Positions 23,982 to 37,109 of a stretch of DNA of 64,000 bases are shown here, one piece after another. Under the pieces are notes generated by a model. That model worked only from the letters and a program-made list of their open reading frames with translations. It searched no databases and was not told where the DNA came from. The stretch is taken from assembly GCA_964247055.1 (NCBI GenBank), contig OZ176052.1:8432001-8496000 (forward strand), in the 5' to 3' direction. How positions within the stretch are numbered: position 1 is the first letter of the stretch; each line of letters starts with the position of its first letter. Source of the stretch: Paragordius varius (lineage: Eukaryota; Animalia; Nematomorpha). The position numbers were made by a program, and so were the translations under genes.

Positions 23982-24976
23982 TCTATATATTTATAAAAAT
24001 GGAAAATGCTGGCTTTGTGATCTGGTACAGGAAAACCGGTAGACCCAATCAAATCCAAATATCGAAAAAATATAATCATTAATAAATGTCCCGACAATAG
24101 CTTCGCCCTTTTTTTGAAATAGGCCCCCAGTTCGGGCCCACCCCCTATGAAAAACGGGTTTTTTTTTGAAAACAGAAGTCCACAAAATCGTGTTTTTGAG
24201 AAAATTTTCCGGAGAACGTGTTGGACCATTCAATTTCAAATACGATTTTTGTTTACTTATTTTCGATTGCGCCGAACATGGTCGAGTCACTTTTTTGATT
24301 TAGGCCCTCTTTTTACCCGCTCCCCCCGTAAAATGCCATTTTTTTCAAAAAACAAAGTCCACAAAAATAATTTTCTAAATCAATTTTTCGCCCTAGGTAT
24401 GAGACCGTAAAAATTCAATAAAGATTCCACGTATTCCCTGTTAAAAGGCAAAAATTTTAGTCCACCGTTTATTTGATGATAGCTGCTGGGTAAGGAGCTA
24501 CCCGCTAAAAACTGATTTTTCATATAACTTTGTGATCTCTTTCCGGAAAACCGGTGAACCCATTCAAATCCAAACATCGAAAAAATTTTATCATTAATGA
24601 ATGCCCCGACAATAGCTTCGCCCTTTTTTGGAATTAGGTCCCCAGTTTGGGCCCACCCCGTGTGAAAAATGGGTTAAGTCAATTTTTTGGAGAACGTGTT
24701 TGACCATTCAATTTCAAATACGATTTTTGTTTACTTATTTTCGATTGCGCCGAACATGGTCGAGTCACTTTTTTGATTTAGGCCCTCTTTTTACCCGCTC
24801 CCCCCGTAAAATGCCATTTTTTTCAAAAAACAAAGTCCATAAAAATAATTTTCTAAATCGATTTTTCGCCCTAGGTATGAGACCGTAAAAATTCAATAAA
24901 GATTCCACGTATTCCCTGTTAAAAGGCAAAAATTTTAGTCAAGCGTTTCTTTGATGATAGCTGCTGAGTAAGGAGT
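23982..24976 (+). mobile_element. Helitron copy with 5' TC end and two internal tandem units, lacking its own 3' end
   Basis: Same 5' end and internal sequence as the other copies. It stops at ...gagtaaggagt, with no hairpin or CTAG until the mini-copy 60 bp downstream. Confidence 0.85.
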
Positions 24977-25036
24977 ATCTATTATATGTATCGCATGTTA
25001 AAAGATATATGGATATTAAAACATTAATTATGGTAA

Positions 25037-25177
25037 TCTATATATTTATAAAAATGGAAAATGCTGGCTTTGTGATCTACAGGAAAAACGGTAAACCCAT
25101 TCAAATCCAAACTTAGAACCCCCCCAGAAGTCCGAAGGACTTCCTCGGGCTGCGTAGCAGCACGAGATTCACGCTAG
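25037..25177 (+). mobile_element. Minimal 141-bp Helitron
   Basis: A|TCTATATATTTATAAAAATGG...gaagtccgaaggacttcctcgggctgcgtagcagcacgagattcacgCTAG|T. Confidence 0.92.
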
Positions 25178-25279
25178 TTATGAAATAAATATATTCCAAT
25201 AAAAAAATGTATCATGAATCTCATAGTGCTTTTGGAGGGCCTACAAGGGTAAGAAAGTTTTATATATGTTTGTGTGCGC

Positions 25280-26230
25280 TCCATATCTGAAAAAGGCAAA
25301 GTTTGAGCCCATTTTGTGTACTAAAATTTTTTTGATGAAAGCTAAATGCTTCATTCCACAAATTATCACTAAAAGATATCATAAACCAATTATAAAAACA
25401 AGACAATATTTTTATAATATTTCAATTTTTAGATGTGGGCTCCGAAAGTTCCAAATTTTTTAGCCTTCAAAAACGGGTTCTTTCAAAATAAACGCATAAA
25501 CTCAGGGATCGCGCGATAAAAATTTGCTAAATTTTGAGATAAAAAAAAATTTTTTAAAAATGTAGACTTTTTACAAAAATTTAATTTTAGCGAAATTTTG
25601 TTCAAGCGTACTTCCTACTTTTTTTAGGTTTGGTTAAAATGATATAAAAATGTTTTAAAAAATTAAAAAGACTTTTTCTATATAGTTTGATGATGCCGAT
25701 CATTTCTATCAGCTCAAAATTGTGATTTATTCATTGGTCTTGAGATTTTTGACAAATATAAATTGTGTTTTATGAAGTTTCATCAAATTTAAAAGGAATT
25801 GTAATCGAACCATTAAATCAAAATTTGAAGCGATAGAAATGTTCAGTATCATCATATTATAAAATTTATTTATATTATCTGACCTCGTTTATATACCTTT
25901 CCATCATGCCTAAATATAGAAAGAAGTACGCTTGAACAAAATTTTGCTTAAAAATAATTTTTTCTACAGTATGCTTTTTTTTAAATATTTTGTTATGTCA
26001 AAATTTAGATATAGTTAAAAGTTTTATTGCGAATTCCGGTATTTTTGCGTTCATTTTAAAATAACCAGCCCGTTTTAGAAGAGCAAAAAATTTGGGACTT
26101 TCAACTAAAAAATTATTTGTATTCAGTTTATGAGATAATTTAGTGATATTTGTTAAAATGAAGCATTTGATTTTCACCAAAACCTATTTGATAATAATGT
26201 AGACTAATTTTTGCATTTGTTAGAAAGCCG
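25280..26230. mobile_element. Old foldback/MITE: diverged ~450-bp inverted arms centred near 25770
   Basis: e.g. 25593 aaattttgttcaagcgtacttc vs 25923 gaagtacgcttgaacaaaattt, and aaatgcttcatt (25345) vs aatgaagcattt (26157). Related half-copies lie at about 3740-3910 and 10320-10480. Confidence 0.75.
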
Positions 26231-26739
26231 TTACAACAAAATATAATCTTTCTTAACTCACTCATAATAGTCAAATCCGAAAGATTATGATGATCCTGAT
26301 ATACATTCCATTGGATTGTGCATATTTCGGATTTATTTATTACGGCCAACATCTATAAAATAGAAGCCAAATCTAATTGAAAATTAGCATTAGATAAAAA
26401 GATTGCCCACTAATTTTTAAATAAAATCAAAAGACTAGAAGAAATAAATTTCCCTTTTTTACCATAACATACTTTTATTTGTCATCTTTTAGCGTTAAAT
26501 ATCTTAGAAAATATATTAGATTATGGTTGTGGTGTCAGGTTAAAACCATTTAAAATTTTTTTAAAAAAATTTTAAATTTCCCAGAAAGTCATAAAACACA
26601 TATATTGTTTAATATTTTAGATACCTATCACATAATTTATCCAGTCGCTCTGCAAAAAATGACCCCACAAGTTATCAAATTTTTTTATGATGATAACTCA
26701 TTCATACATTTAACCATAAAATTTAAATTCAAATTTTAT

Positions 26740-26898
26740 ATGAAAAGCATTGTATGGAATTATTTTAAAGTGAGTACGAACGATGAGACAAAAGCTATTT
26801 GTAATTTATGTAATGCCTTGATTTCACGTGGTTCAAAATTTTCAACATCATCCCTACTTAATCATATACGTACCAAACATTATTTCCCCAAGAAACAG
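26740..26898 (+). pseudogene. Isolated BED zinc-finger exon, hAT transposase N-terminus type; no catalytic domain found
   Basis: MKSIVWNYFKV...KAICNLCNALISRGSKFSTSSLLNHIRTKH has the W-x2-F, CxxC, H-x4-H pattern. It ends at cag|gtatca. A hAT-end-like accggttatacaag follows at about 27087. Confidence 0.7.
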
Positions 26899-27139
26899 GT
26901 ATCATTATAATTAAATTTCTTAACTGTTTAAATCATGTATATTTCCTCTTATTTTTGATTTAACTAGAAATCCAACATAATTATGTTACCGATTATGACC
27001 CTATATATTTTACAGATGAAAGTTAAAAACACCATATTAATTACCAAAAAATATTTTACTTCAAATTCCATAGTTCAGGTTATATTACCGGTTATACAAG
27101 ACATTAGTATAAATTATATGTCCAAAAATTATGAGACAT

Positions 27140-27395
27140 GTGGCCATCGTTAAACCTCCTTATTTTAGGAATAACATCTTTTTTACATTATAAGTGATAC
27201 TTAAACCGCCGCCCACGGGCCGCATAGGGCCTTAAAAGTATTATACTATCGTCCTAAATTATTTGTAAAATATGCACTTAGTTGGAATCTAAATATCTAC
27301 AAATAAATCAAACAGCTATAAATTTTATTAGTATTATGGCCCTTGAGACAAATAAACATTTTTGGCCCTTTAAAATTGGTGAGTGCTACTGCATT
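27140..27395. mobile_element. Possible decayed hAT (Charlie-like) MITE
   Basis: GC islets gcccacgggccgcatagggcc and ggccct repeats, ending tggtgagtgctactg. No TSD identified. Confidence 0.35.
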
Positions 27396-30300
27396 ATGTC
27401 TACCGACGTAAAACGTATTATTAGAAAACATTAGTGTTACCCTAAACTAAAATTATCGATTGTTATTCTGTCCCTTATATGTATACAATGCAACATTATA
27501 AACATTGTACGCAGATGTATTAACATGGTTTCCCTAATACAATTCATTTGACTATTTTAAAGTCATAAAACTTTTTAAGATTGTATCGTTTTTAAGTCAT
27601 TGTTATTTTAAATAAAAAACACCATAGATTTTATAGTTTAATTTGTGATAGATTTTGTATACTCTTTTTAGGGCATTTCGATAGGATACGGATTTTAAAT
27701 TAAATTTCAAATAGTTATTAAATTGGCCATTTTTAGAATTATATAACTCGTGGTTGTATTTTGTATTCGATTTTGCTTTAGACAACCTTAATGAAATAAA
27801 AATTTAATTGTTTTTCACGGTATATATGATAGGCATAATATAAAAGATTTAATTTTAATTGATTTTTTGGTTAAGTATGTCCGGGTATTTATATATAATA
27901 CAAAATGTTTTCAACATTGCTACTGTATATCAGTTTTATCGTTCTTTTTAGTTTGAATTTTATGGTCTATTTCTGCACGAACTTTACCAAATCCTGATTG
28001 TTAGGTATATATGTTAAATATTTCATTTTTAAGAATTACGAAAAATGCCTGCCTGCTCAAACGATTGTGTACGTATTAGAATATGGTAATTTTAAAATAT
28101 TTTTATCGAATTTCTTCTGTTTTATCATAATAATAAAAAATGTTTACGTAGGTGTAAAAACGTCTATATAACTCTTCATCTCATCGCTCGCTGTTAAACA
28201 ATTATTATGAGTGTTAGTAAAAGTATAGTGTTCGTATGCAAAAATGGCATGATTGTCAAATTTATCGACCGTTTTTCTTCCCCTAACTAATACTAACAGT
28301 ATTGATTTTAATCGCGGATTTATGGGACAAAATATTCATTCGCGTCCTCTCTGCTCTGTATAAGAAAGAGTGCCCTGTTAAGTTGAATAAACTTGGTATC
28401 ACTCTCCAATTTTATTGTTTTATAATGAATGATACGTAATACATTCTGTTTTTGTCTGTCTGAGTTAGTGTTAGTGGAAAAGGGGAAGGTTGTTTTTATA
28501 CCTACTTATCCAATTTTATCGATATCGACGCAAAACGACTACATTTTTTATAATGGAGCTACCAAAATTTTTCCAATATTAGAGGAGACGAAAGCAGTAC
28601 CAAGATCTAACACTTAAGGATTCAACAGACTCTCTCCCTCTCTCTACCATTTATATTTCTCCTCTCCGTAATTTTTTATGTTGAGTAGTGTGCACAATTT
28701 GGTTGCTTGCTTGGTTTTGTTTTCACTTTTTTATGTTGTTACTAACCAACCAACCATCCAACCAACTAAAAAATATCAATAAAACGACGACTAGGACACA
28801 CCATTTTTTTTGTTGAAAATTAAAAGTATCTATCTGTCCAAGTATTATTGTAATTATTAACACAGCGTCGTCGTTTTCGTTTTTTAAAAGCGAACGAACT
28901 ATAACGATTAAACATTAAACACAAATGCACTCATACACCAAACAACATATAAATACAAAATAGTGCCTGTCTACAATGAGAGAATGTATATATATATATA
29001 TATATGTTCAACAAGAGACGCGTTAGTTACGAAACACGACCACTTGTACGCATACTTACATATTAGAGAAATGTTTGCGAATACCAACCAATTTATCGAT
29101 CGATGATAGTTTGACGCACATTTTACCAATACATACTCTATTACCATAAATAGAAAAAACGATATATAATTTACACATTTTTTTATATGTATGTGTGTGT
29201 GTGTGTGTGCAAAGGACCGAATACTAAAGCATAAAAGTGAGATAGAAATCAATAAAGGGTTAACAATAAAATATCCGTTAGTATTCGCTTTAATTTCACC
29301 CTAATAGCAGTATGATTTGATAAGTAAAAACTTGGACAAACTCGATGAAAATATAAACGGGCTATGCTAATTTGATATGGAATTATTTAAAATATTAACA
29401 CAAAAAGATAATGTTTTCATAGAGTTTGGATTGCGTGTATGCCGCAAACTATAAAGCAGTTTAAAATAAATGGACCGGTTATTTAACCGATTCACTTAAT
29501 TTAGAAATTTATAATATGTCTGACTGATTGTGTTCATTTTATTATTTTGACACCAAAATTAGATCTTATATCGTATTTTCAGTCTATAAAACTTGTTCTT
29601 GAATCAATCCGTAAGTTGTTTGATCCCGTCTAATAATTTAGATTTTGCAGATCATAAAATATTACAAATAAATAAGATTAAATCTATATCAAATTTTAAT
29701 TTATTTTAGGATAATTTACCAAATACTACTTACTTTCACCTCGATTAAAAATAAAACATTTTCATTTAATCAATTTTACTGGTTATCGTTTTATTTACCT
29801 ACTGAAAACATTTATAATAATGAACAGTACACAAAATACAAAAATCCTATTGAGAGCTTGATAAATTTATTTAAATGAATGGGGACGCATGCTAAATCCA
29901 TTAAATTAAATTGATGACAATTATAAATTATTTTAAATTATTCACTATATATACTAAGTGTAAGTAGGATCAAATGTAGCCATCTGTCATGTTTTCTATT
30001 AACTCAAATGTGCTGAATATCCTATTTTAGGGGATATATTATATATATAACACAAAAAGATAAATTTTATTCCGTATTTTTTTTCATTTGTATATTAGAC
30101 GACACACACATAAAAACTCTGGCGCTGAGTGAGTAATAAATATAAATTTTGTAATATCCCTAAAATTATTTTGATATCAACACATCCGTGTCGTAGTTTA
30201 TAGTTGACTAGTAGCAAACAGGGAAACAAACCTTTTTACATAAATTTGTTAAGGTGAATCATTGTGATTTAATGACACAACTCTTAAGAAATGCGTAACT

Positions 30301-32404
30301 ACGTAATACCTGTCAAATATATTTAGATAAACACTGTGTATAAATAATATTTCTAACCCGATGGAATTTTCGTAAGTATATCTTTCCAAAATAAATTACG
30401 TAAATTTTAAACCATACAAATATAAGGTTTATGTATGAAATAATGGTTTGCTACCTAAAAGCTTGTAAACCAATTTCAGCCCTTAACTCGGTTGTAGTTT
30501 TAAAACTTAATTTTAATAAGGGTACCGAGGTGTTACCCCCCCTAATATTTTTAGTAAATTTTTTAAAACATATGGTATAAAAACCCAAACTCTTAAGAAG
30601 CCTTTCTTTTGATAAAGCCGTTTTATACCTTATGTTATAAAGAAAATGGTTTAATGAGAAAAAAAACTTAGTTTGGAAATTGCTCAATTAATAATTGTGT
30701 TTCAATTTAAACCATAAAACTGGGGATACTATATTAATTTTTTATGCTATTATCCAAATCTGTGAAATCTGATGTTTACAAATATTAATCTTAATTTAAT
30801 GTGTTTAATAACTAGATTTGGCATAATATAGATTTAAGGCATATTTTTTGGATTAAAAATCGGTACCACCAAATTTATTGCACAAAAAATATATGATCAT
30901 ATGGGTCGAATTGGACTTGGGTTAGGAACTTTGTTTACACGAATAAATGAAGGCTTGATCCAAATTTTCAGGGCTTGTAACCGAAGTGTTTTAGGTTACC
31001 GCTCTATTGTTTATTGCAAAAATCGTTCCGGTTCTACTGCTTTTTAGTCAAACGGTTTTATCTTGCTTGTTTTTTTTTATATCTGTCATAGTTTTTTCTG
31101 AAAAATATTAAAAAGATATTATAAAATGAAATTGAACGCAATATGGAAACATTGGGTTACATTATAATTGGAAATATTTAGACACTGTCGATACTAAAAA
31201 AAGTTTCGGTTCTAATTTTTGATTTTCTAATTTGATATTTTAACTGTTTCTATCTTGAAAATAGGTTAATATACAACAATTTATCAAACTAAATGCCAAT
31301 ATATTACAGACAAGATATTTTGCAAATAATGTTAAATTTCCTAATATTTAGTTTTGACCACATAAAAGAAGTTTCATTTAGTTTTCTTTCCAATTCAGTC
31401 ATATAACATTTACACTTTTTGAATGATTTATACATTGTATTTTTTGACTTGGTTTCGTTCGTTTAAATCTGTTAAAATTTGAAAATGAAATTATCGATCC
31501 ATTCGATATGTCTTAGCAAATAGCAAGCTGTCCTTCGTTTAATAAAAAAAAGTTGAAACAATGCAGTCGTTTTAACCAACGCGACGCGACAACCTGTTGG
31601 ATCAATATGACTTGGACAGGCAAAAATATTAATACGAAAATAATTGGCGTTAGTATATATCAAACGTATGTCGATTATTTGATTCCGGATGATAATATTT
31701 ACTCTACCATTTATTTTAAGAATATTTCCCGACCAACGCCCCTAAATCAACCGACAATTAAATAAAGCAAAATTCATTTTAGATTCCATTTATTGGAAAG
31801 AGTAAAATTTAAATATTATTTAAAAATAAGGCGAGTGGCAGAGTAGCTAAAACTTCAGATTATTTCACTATCCGTGTGAATTTGCCAAAGATCAAATTTA
31901 GAATTTTTTATCATCACTGTCATCCCTAAACATGCGACTGTTAATTAATTATTTATTATAAAATTTGAGCTTGTACCCTTTATGAAAAAAAAATAATTTA
32001 GATTGATTTTATTTAATATCTTATTCAACCACCTTGTCCTTTTTATTTTCAGGACAAAAATTGTGTTGTTTTATTTGTTTATTGTCGAAAAAATTGGAGT
32101 ATCATGAAGAAATAGAATACAATACCGATGCATGATATAGTTTTTGTAGGTATTTTTTTTACTAGCGGTAAATCGGAATCCGACTTAACATATATTTTCT
32201 AATTAATGACAACACTGATATACCTAAGTAATTGGCGCTCATTATAAAAAAATTGAGAAACCTTATCACGCAAGCTGATAACATTTGAAATTTTTATAAT
32301 TAAAAATGGTAAATATAGACTACGTCCATAAAGTTACAAACTAAAATATTTTTTTGCATTTGATAAAAAGACTACTTTTTTATGTTTGGAAATATTTTCA
32401 AAGT

Positions 32405-33501
32405 ATATTTTATATAGCATAAGTCTTACCGGTTTTTTTTAAAATAATTTTGAAAAAAAATTATTTATTTTATTCAAAATATTGTTTACGGCTTCCACAT
32501 ATTTCCCCATCTTTCAAGTAAAATATAAATTCCATGCCAGAGAAACCTAAAGTCTCGGCTAACCATTCGTCTACTTTACAACGTCTTCGAAATTTTTGAT
32601 GTGTTACTCTGCGATCCTATGCCAAAATTTATAGTCCCACCAATCAGAAGAGTATGGCGGATGCGGAACAAGTTCCCATCGAAGCGATTTCAAGATGTTT
32701 TCACTGGTTTCGCTGTGTGAGAGGTAGCATTGTCATACATCAAAATCATTTGCCATCTGGCCCATTACGGTCGTTTCGATTAATACATGGTTTGAAATCA
32801 TATGTTGCCGATAGCGTTGTGTATTAACGGTTCACGGGTTTCTAAAGTTTATAACAATACCGTTATTTCACCAGACAAAGATCATGGTTTTCGTGCCGAA
32901 GCGATTTGACATTTGTGTTGATAGACCGTCTTGGCAGGGTGAAAGTCACGATTTTTCCGCTTTGGGTTGACAAAGCCATTTCTCATCATTCACAATTTGA
33001 TGCAAAGAGGAATTAATAATGTGAAATTAAGTTAAGTCACTTGATTCAGATTGGAGGTTTATTAAAATTGTGTAGAACCGCACTTAATTGGTCTCTCATA
33101 TTGCTCGTAGACATCTATTGACTGTTTTTTGTAATAAATGTAATGCTTCTAACGATTGTCGTTGAGCATTTGATCCAATAAATCTTGCATTTGATCGTCT
33201 TTGCAGTTGTGCGCTCTGTCAGAGATCTCACACTCTTTCCCATGAACTTTAAATAATCTTAAACATATTCCACATGTTTTGAACAATAAAGCATGTTCGC
33301 TATATGTACCTACTACGATAACCTTCAGCAACCTTTCTGATGGCAAACCGGGCTGCAAATAACAAAATTTGACATGATTCTGAATAAAGCTAAGACGGTA
33401 CTTTTTGCGGAGTCAACTCTCGTAAGTGCCAAATTAATCGCCTCCGCAAATTCTGACGTCTTCTCTTAGTTAAAATGGTAATGCCTTATGACTGCACCTA
33501 A
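32405..33501 (-). pseudogene. Mariner (DD34D) transposon relic with remnant TIRs
   Basis: The minus strand gives fragments IVNDEKW, RFGTKTMIFVW, TVNTQRYRQ, ILMYDNATSHTA and WELVPHPPYS. TIR-like cataagtcttaccgg (32418) vs the reverse complement of 33475-33501 (taggtgcagtcataaggcattacc). Many stops and frameshifts. Confidence 0.85.
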
Positions 33502-36500
33502 TATATGTTAAACCACGTAATAATTTAGGATATTGAAGTTGATTTAAATATAAGGATATAATAACGATAAACCAAACGTTTAAATTAGAAAGACAAAAAA
33601 GTGGACAATAAATATTTATAATTTACAAATAAATAAAATCTCGGGACTTTAAGCCAGTCAAAAAGTTAAGACGGAAACAAGATGCTTTCTGGACGATTGA
33701 ATCCGTTACTGCTCCAATCATAAACCTGTTTTATTTCAGTTCCGGTTAAGAGCCCTAAATTTTATTCCCCCCTCCAATTTTCGATAATTATAACACTAAC
33801 TCTGAACCATCCGTGAACTTCCAGTGATAATACATGTATTAAAAATATAAGCTTTAATTAAGGGCCTTTACCATACTATTTTCTAAGGTGGTGTTTCATC
33901 CTAAGACTATATAAATGGCCCAATAATAGAGTAGCTTTTATTAATCAGTCTATTACACGGTGCACACCAAAAAAATGAATGTTTTTTAACGTATATTATT
34001 AGATAACTAATAATTTTAGGATAATGGATATAATGAAGAATATAGTTACTATACCAAATAAATTTATTTTAATTTTTTTGCTATCAGTCAAAATCAAAAA
34101 ATTGCATTTATATCGCACATTAGGTTGAATAAAATTAATACAATAGATGATAACGCGTTAATTGAATTTTATTTTTTATGTATGAATAAAGCTAAAAAAT
34201 GACATTTTGGCGTTAAAGTCCCTGCTATTATGGCATAGATTTTTATTATAAATATATATTTGCTATATATAAAGTTTACCAAATTTAACGCAAAATAATT
34301 TATATTGACTAGTTTTCTTCCATTGTATTTAATTTGACCTAACATGCGATAAAAACGCGATTTGATTTCGGCTAGTAGCAGACAATTAAATTGATATTTT
34401 TTTCTGATTTACATTTATTATTTCGATTTTCGTTGTCATGAAGCTTTTAGCTATCTAATAATATGTGTTTATACATATTTTTTTTGATCCCCATTTTTAC
34501 CGCAAACTGTAATTTCACACACAATTGGTCGAAACCGAAAATATTTGTGTTAAATGAGGTCAAGCAAAAAAAATATACGTAGAAAGTATTTCAATAAGTC
34601 ATATTATATTAAAAGTATTTTAAAATTACACGACATCACATTTAAAGGCCTCGAACATACTTCTTACTTTAAATTTCTGACATTTGTCAGTTATTCTCTC
34701 GAAACATTCAACAATTGAAAGATTTAAAGTCTTATCAAACATGGATAAACTTTTTATTTCATTTAATATAGCTTTTTGCATTTGGTAAGCTATCCACTTT
34801 TTACTGGATAAATCAAATTTTACACTTTCCCTAACCAAATAATTTTTAGCGCAAAATCGAATATAAAATGCCAAGTTAAAAATACGATTTATTTTTACGT
34901 TAGCAAAAAAAGATAATTTGATTGATTGGCATAAAGCCTTTCAATCAATGACTATTTTATATAAAAACTCAAATCTGGCTCCAATTTATACTTCATTAAA
35001 CCAATCAGTGATCTAAACTCCCGAAATTTATAGTCTGCTGGCATTTATATGGTTTTTAAATTAGGTCGTTATGCCTATATATGTTAAATAAATTTGCTAA
35101 TAATGTACACTATTCGATTTCAATATGTAACTTAATATATTTGAAAATTTTGATAATATACAAACGGGAACGCCTTCATAATATAAATGTTGTTAGCCAC
35201 TTGAATCAATAAATACTATGCATAAATATCAATCGAATTTTACAAATATTAATATATTTTTTTATACCATAGGTTACCATATTTATTTTTTTGCAAATTA
35301 TTTTTGAAATTATTTTAACATTCATGGTGCATTTGATAATTGTAAACTAACTCAGAAATTTGATAAGAATTAGAACTATTTAGGTAAAATTAACTAAACG
35401 TATTTATTATATTTAAAATACCAAATTTATCAATAATACCAATTTGTTTTGTTAATGATTGTGCCATTTTTCTTTTTGTGAAAAAAATGAATTGTATTTA
35501 CCCTTTTACCTACCTAACTACTTATTCACCTTTAGAAGGGTATTTGTATATGTAGTTGTAATTGGATTATTTATACTTTGTAAACATTGAATGAATGGAA
35601 TATATATAAAATATCGATTTTAATTTTTGTCTTTTCATTCATTTTACATCATAATGAATATGGCGCTGTGATGATTTTTTTCCGTAATAATAAAGTAGTG
35701 TTCAAACAAGCTGATTAGAACGCAATTTATATTTTTTACTATGCATAAATTTGCATCCATATACGATATTGATTAAATTATGTCATTTATCGATATTTTT
35801 GATAAGCGTGCCGATATTTGTATTCTTTCTCTTTCCTATTTACTCTATACACCTTTTAGCATCTCTTCTTATTTGGGGGATGCCATAAGCATTATATTTT
35901 TTCATTTTTTATAAGATATGATTTTTAAAAAAAACGTAATTAATTGATTTTTGGTGGGTATATAGTAAAATTGTTATTTTGAATGCCTTATAAATGAACT
36001 CAAATCATTGCCATCAATTTAAATATCCAAAATATTTACAAATTATGATTTCTGAATTTAGATATTATCACATTTTTTATATTAATATAAAATAAAAATG
36101 GTTTTATTTTCTTATCAACCAAATAGACATATTTTTATATAAAATGCCAAATATGGATTTGTAAAAATGTTTTTAATAATAATGATAACAACCTAAAATA
36201 CATATTAGAATCGATTAGATTTTATAAACAGTCTATGATAGAGATTCAATACATACATATATTTGTATATATATATATATATATATATGGCATAAAAGGA
36301 AAGGAAAATTGATTTTTCATATTTCATTTATATTATTGAATATTCATCATCCCCGCATATTCACCCCCTATTTCAATGGTTGAGTAATGTATGTATGTAT
36401 ATATATAATGACTTGTGTCACACACACAAAAAGAGTTATTATATAACAGACTCAGAACAGAAGATACATGGATAGATAGATATAATAAGGAGTGCAAAAT

Positions 36501-37109
36501 GCGAAATGCAACTAAGTAAAAATCGTAGGAGGGGGAGGGAGGAGGAGTCATTATTAGATATAGAAAGCAACGCATAAGGGGGAAAGATTGGATATATAGG
36601 GAGCAAGTAAGCAAGCTAGCAAGCAAACAAGTAGTTGTTGCACATCATTATCGTATATAAATACGTTTATTTTAGTGTGTTGTTTACGATAATAAAAAAT
36701 ATTCAATAAAAATCTATATTAAATAACCATTTTTTGGTGTTATGCTTGAATATACGACTTTTATTGATAAAAATTGATACTTCATATAACCTTTGACTTC
36801 TGCTCTTCTGTGTTCCGCACACCCCCTTTGTCTCCTCGTCTAAGTGTTTATATATAACTAAATAATAAACTTTGATTCTGCCATTTTGGTTAACAGATTG
36901 ATTATTAAATTTATTGCATACCTGTTCTATACCAATAATCATAACAATATCTTTTCATCACTTTTTCGATTTTAAAATTTTTGAGCGATGGATATGATAA
37001 ATAAAAGTTTAGCATTTTAATTATATTTAATGTACCGCATATCATAATATATATCTTTTTTACAACATTATTGTATGGTTTATAGTTGAATTCAAGCTAC
37101 CTGAAAGCT

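Noticed and set aside
23960-24888. Cluster of 65-99-aa ORFs on both strands (also 45742-46311)
   Set aside because: They lie within the non-autonomous Helitron repeat, show no Rep or helicase motifs, and are not kept intact between copies.
31472-31765. Overlapping 63-aa and 70-aa ORFs in a slightly GC-richer patch
   Set aside because: No convincing family motif in any frame.
31830-31890. tRNA-like tggcagagtagctaa (A-box-like)
   Set aside because: No B box and no cloverleaf. At most an unrecognisable SINE relic.
34626-34874. 82-aa minus-strand ORF and adjacent fragments to about 35060
   Set aside because: No recognisable motif or splice context. Possibly a decayed TE, but unsupported.
1612-35800. 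TATCGATA (DRE) sites as targets of the BED protein
   Set aside because: Only a handful of sites, two of them paralogous. A rough composition-based expectation is a few per 64 kb, so there is no evident enrichment.
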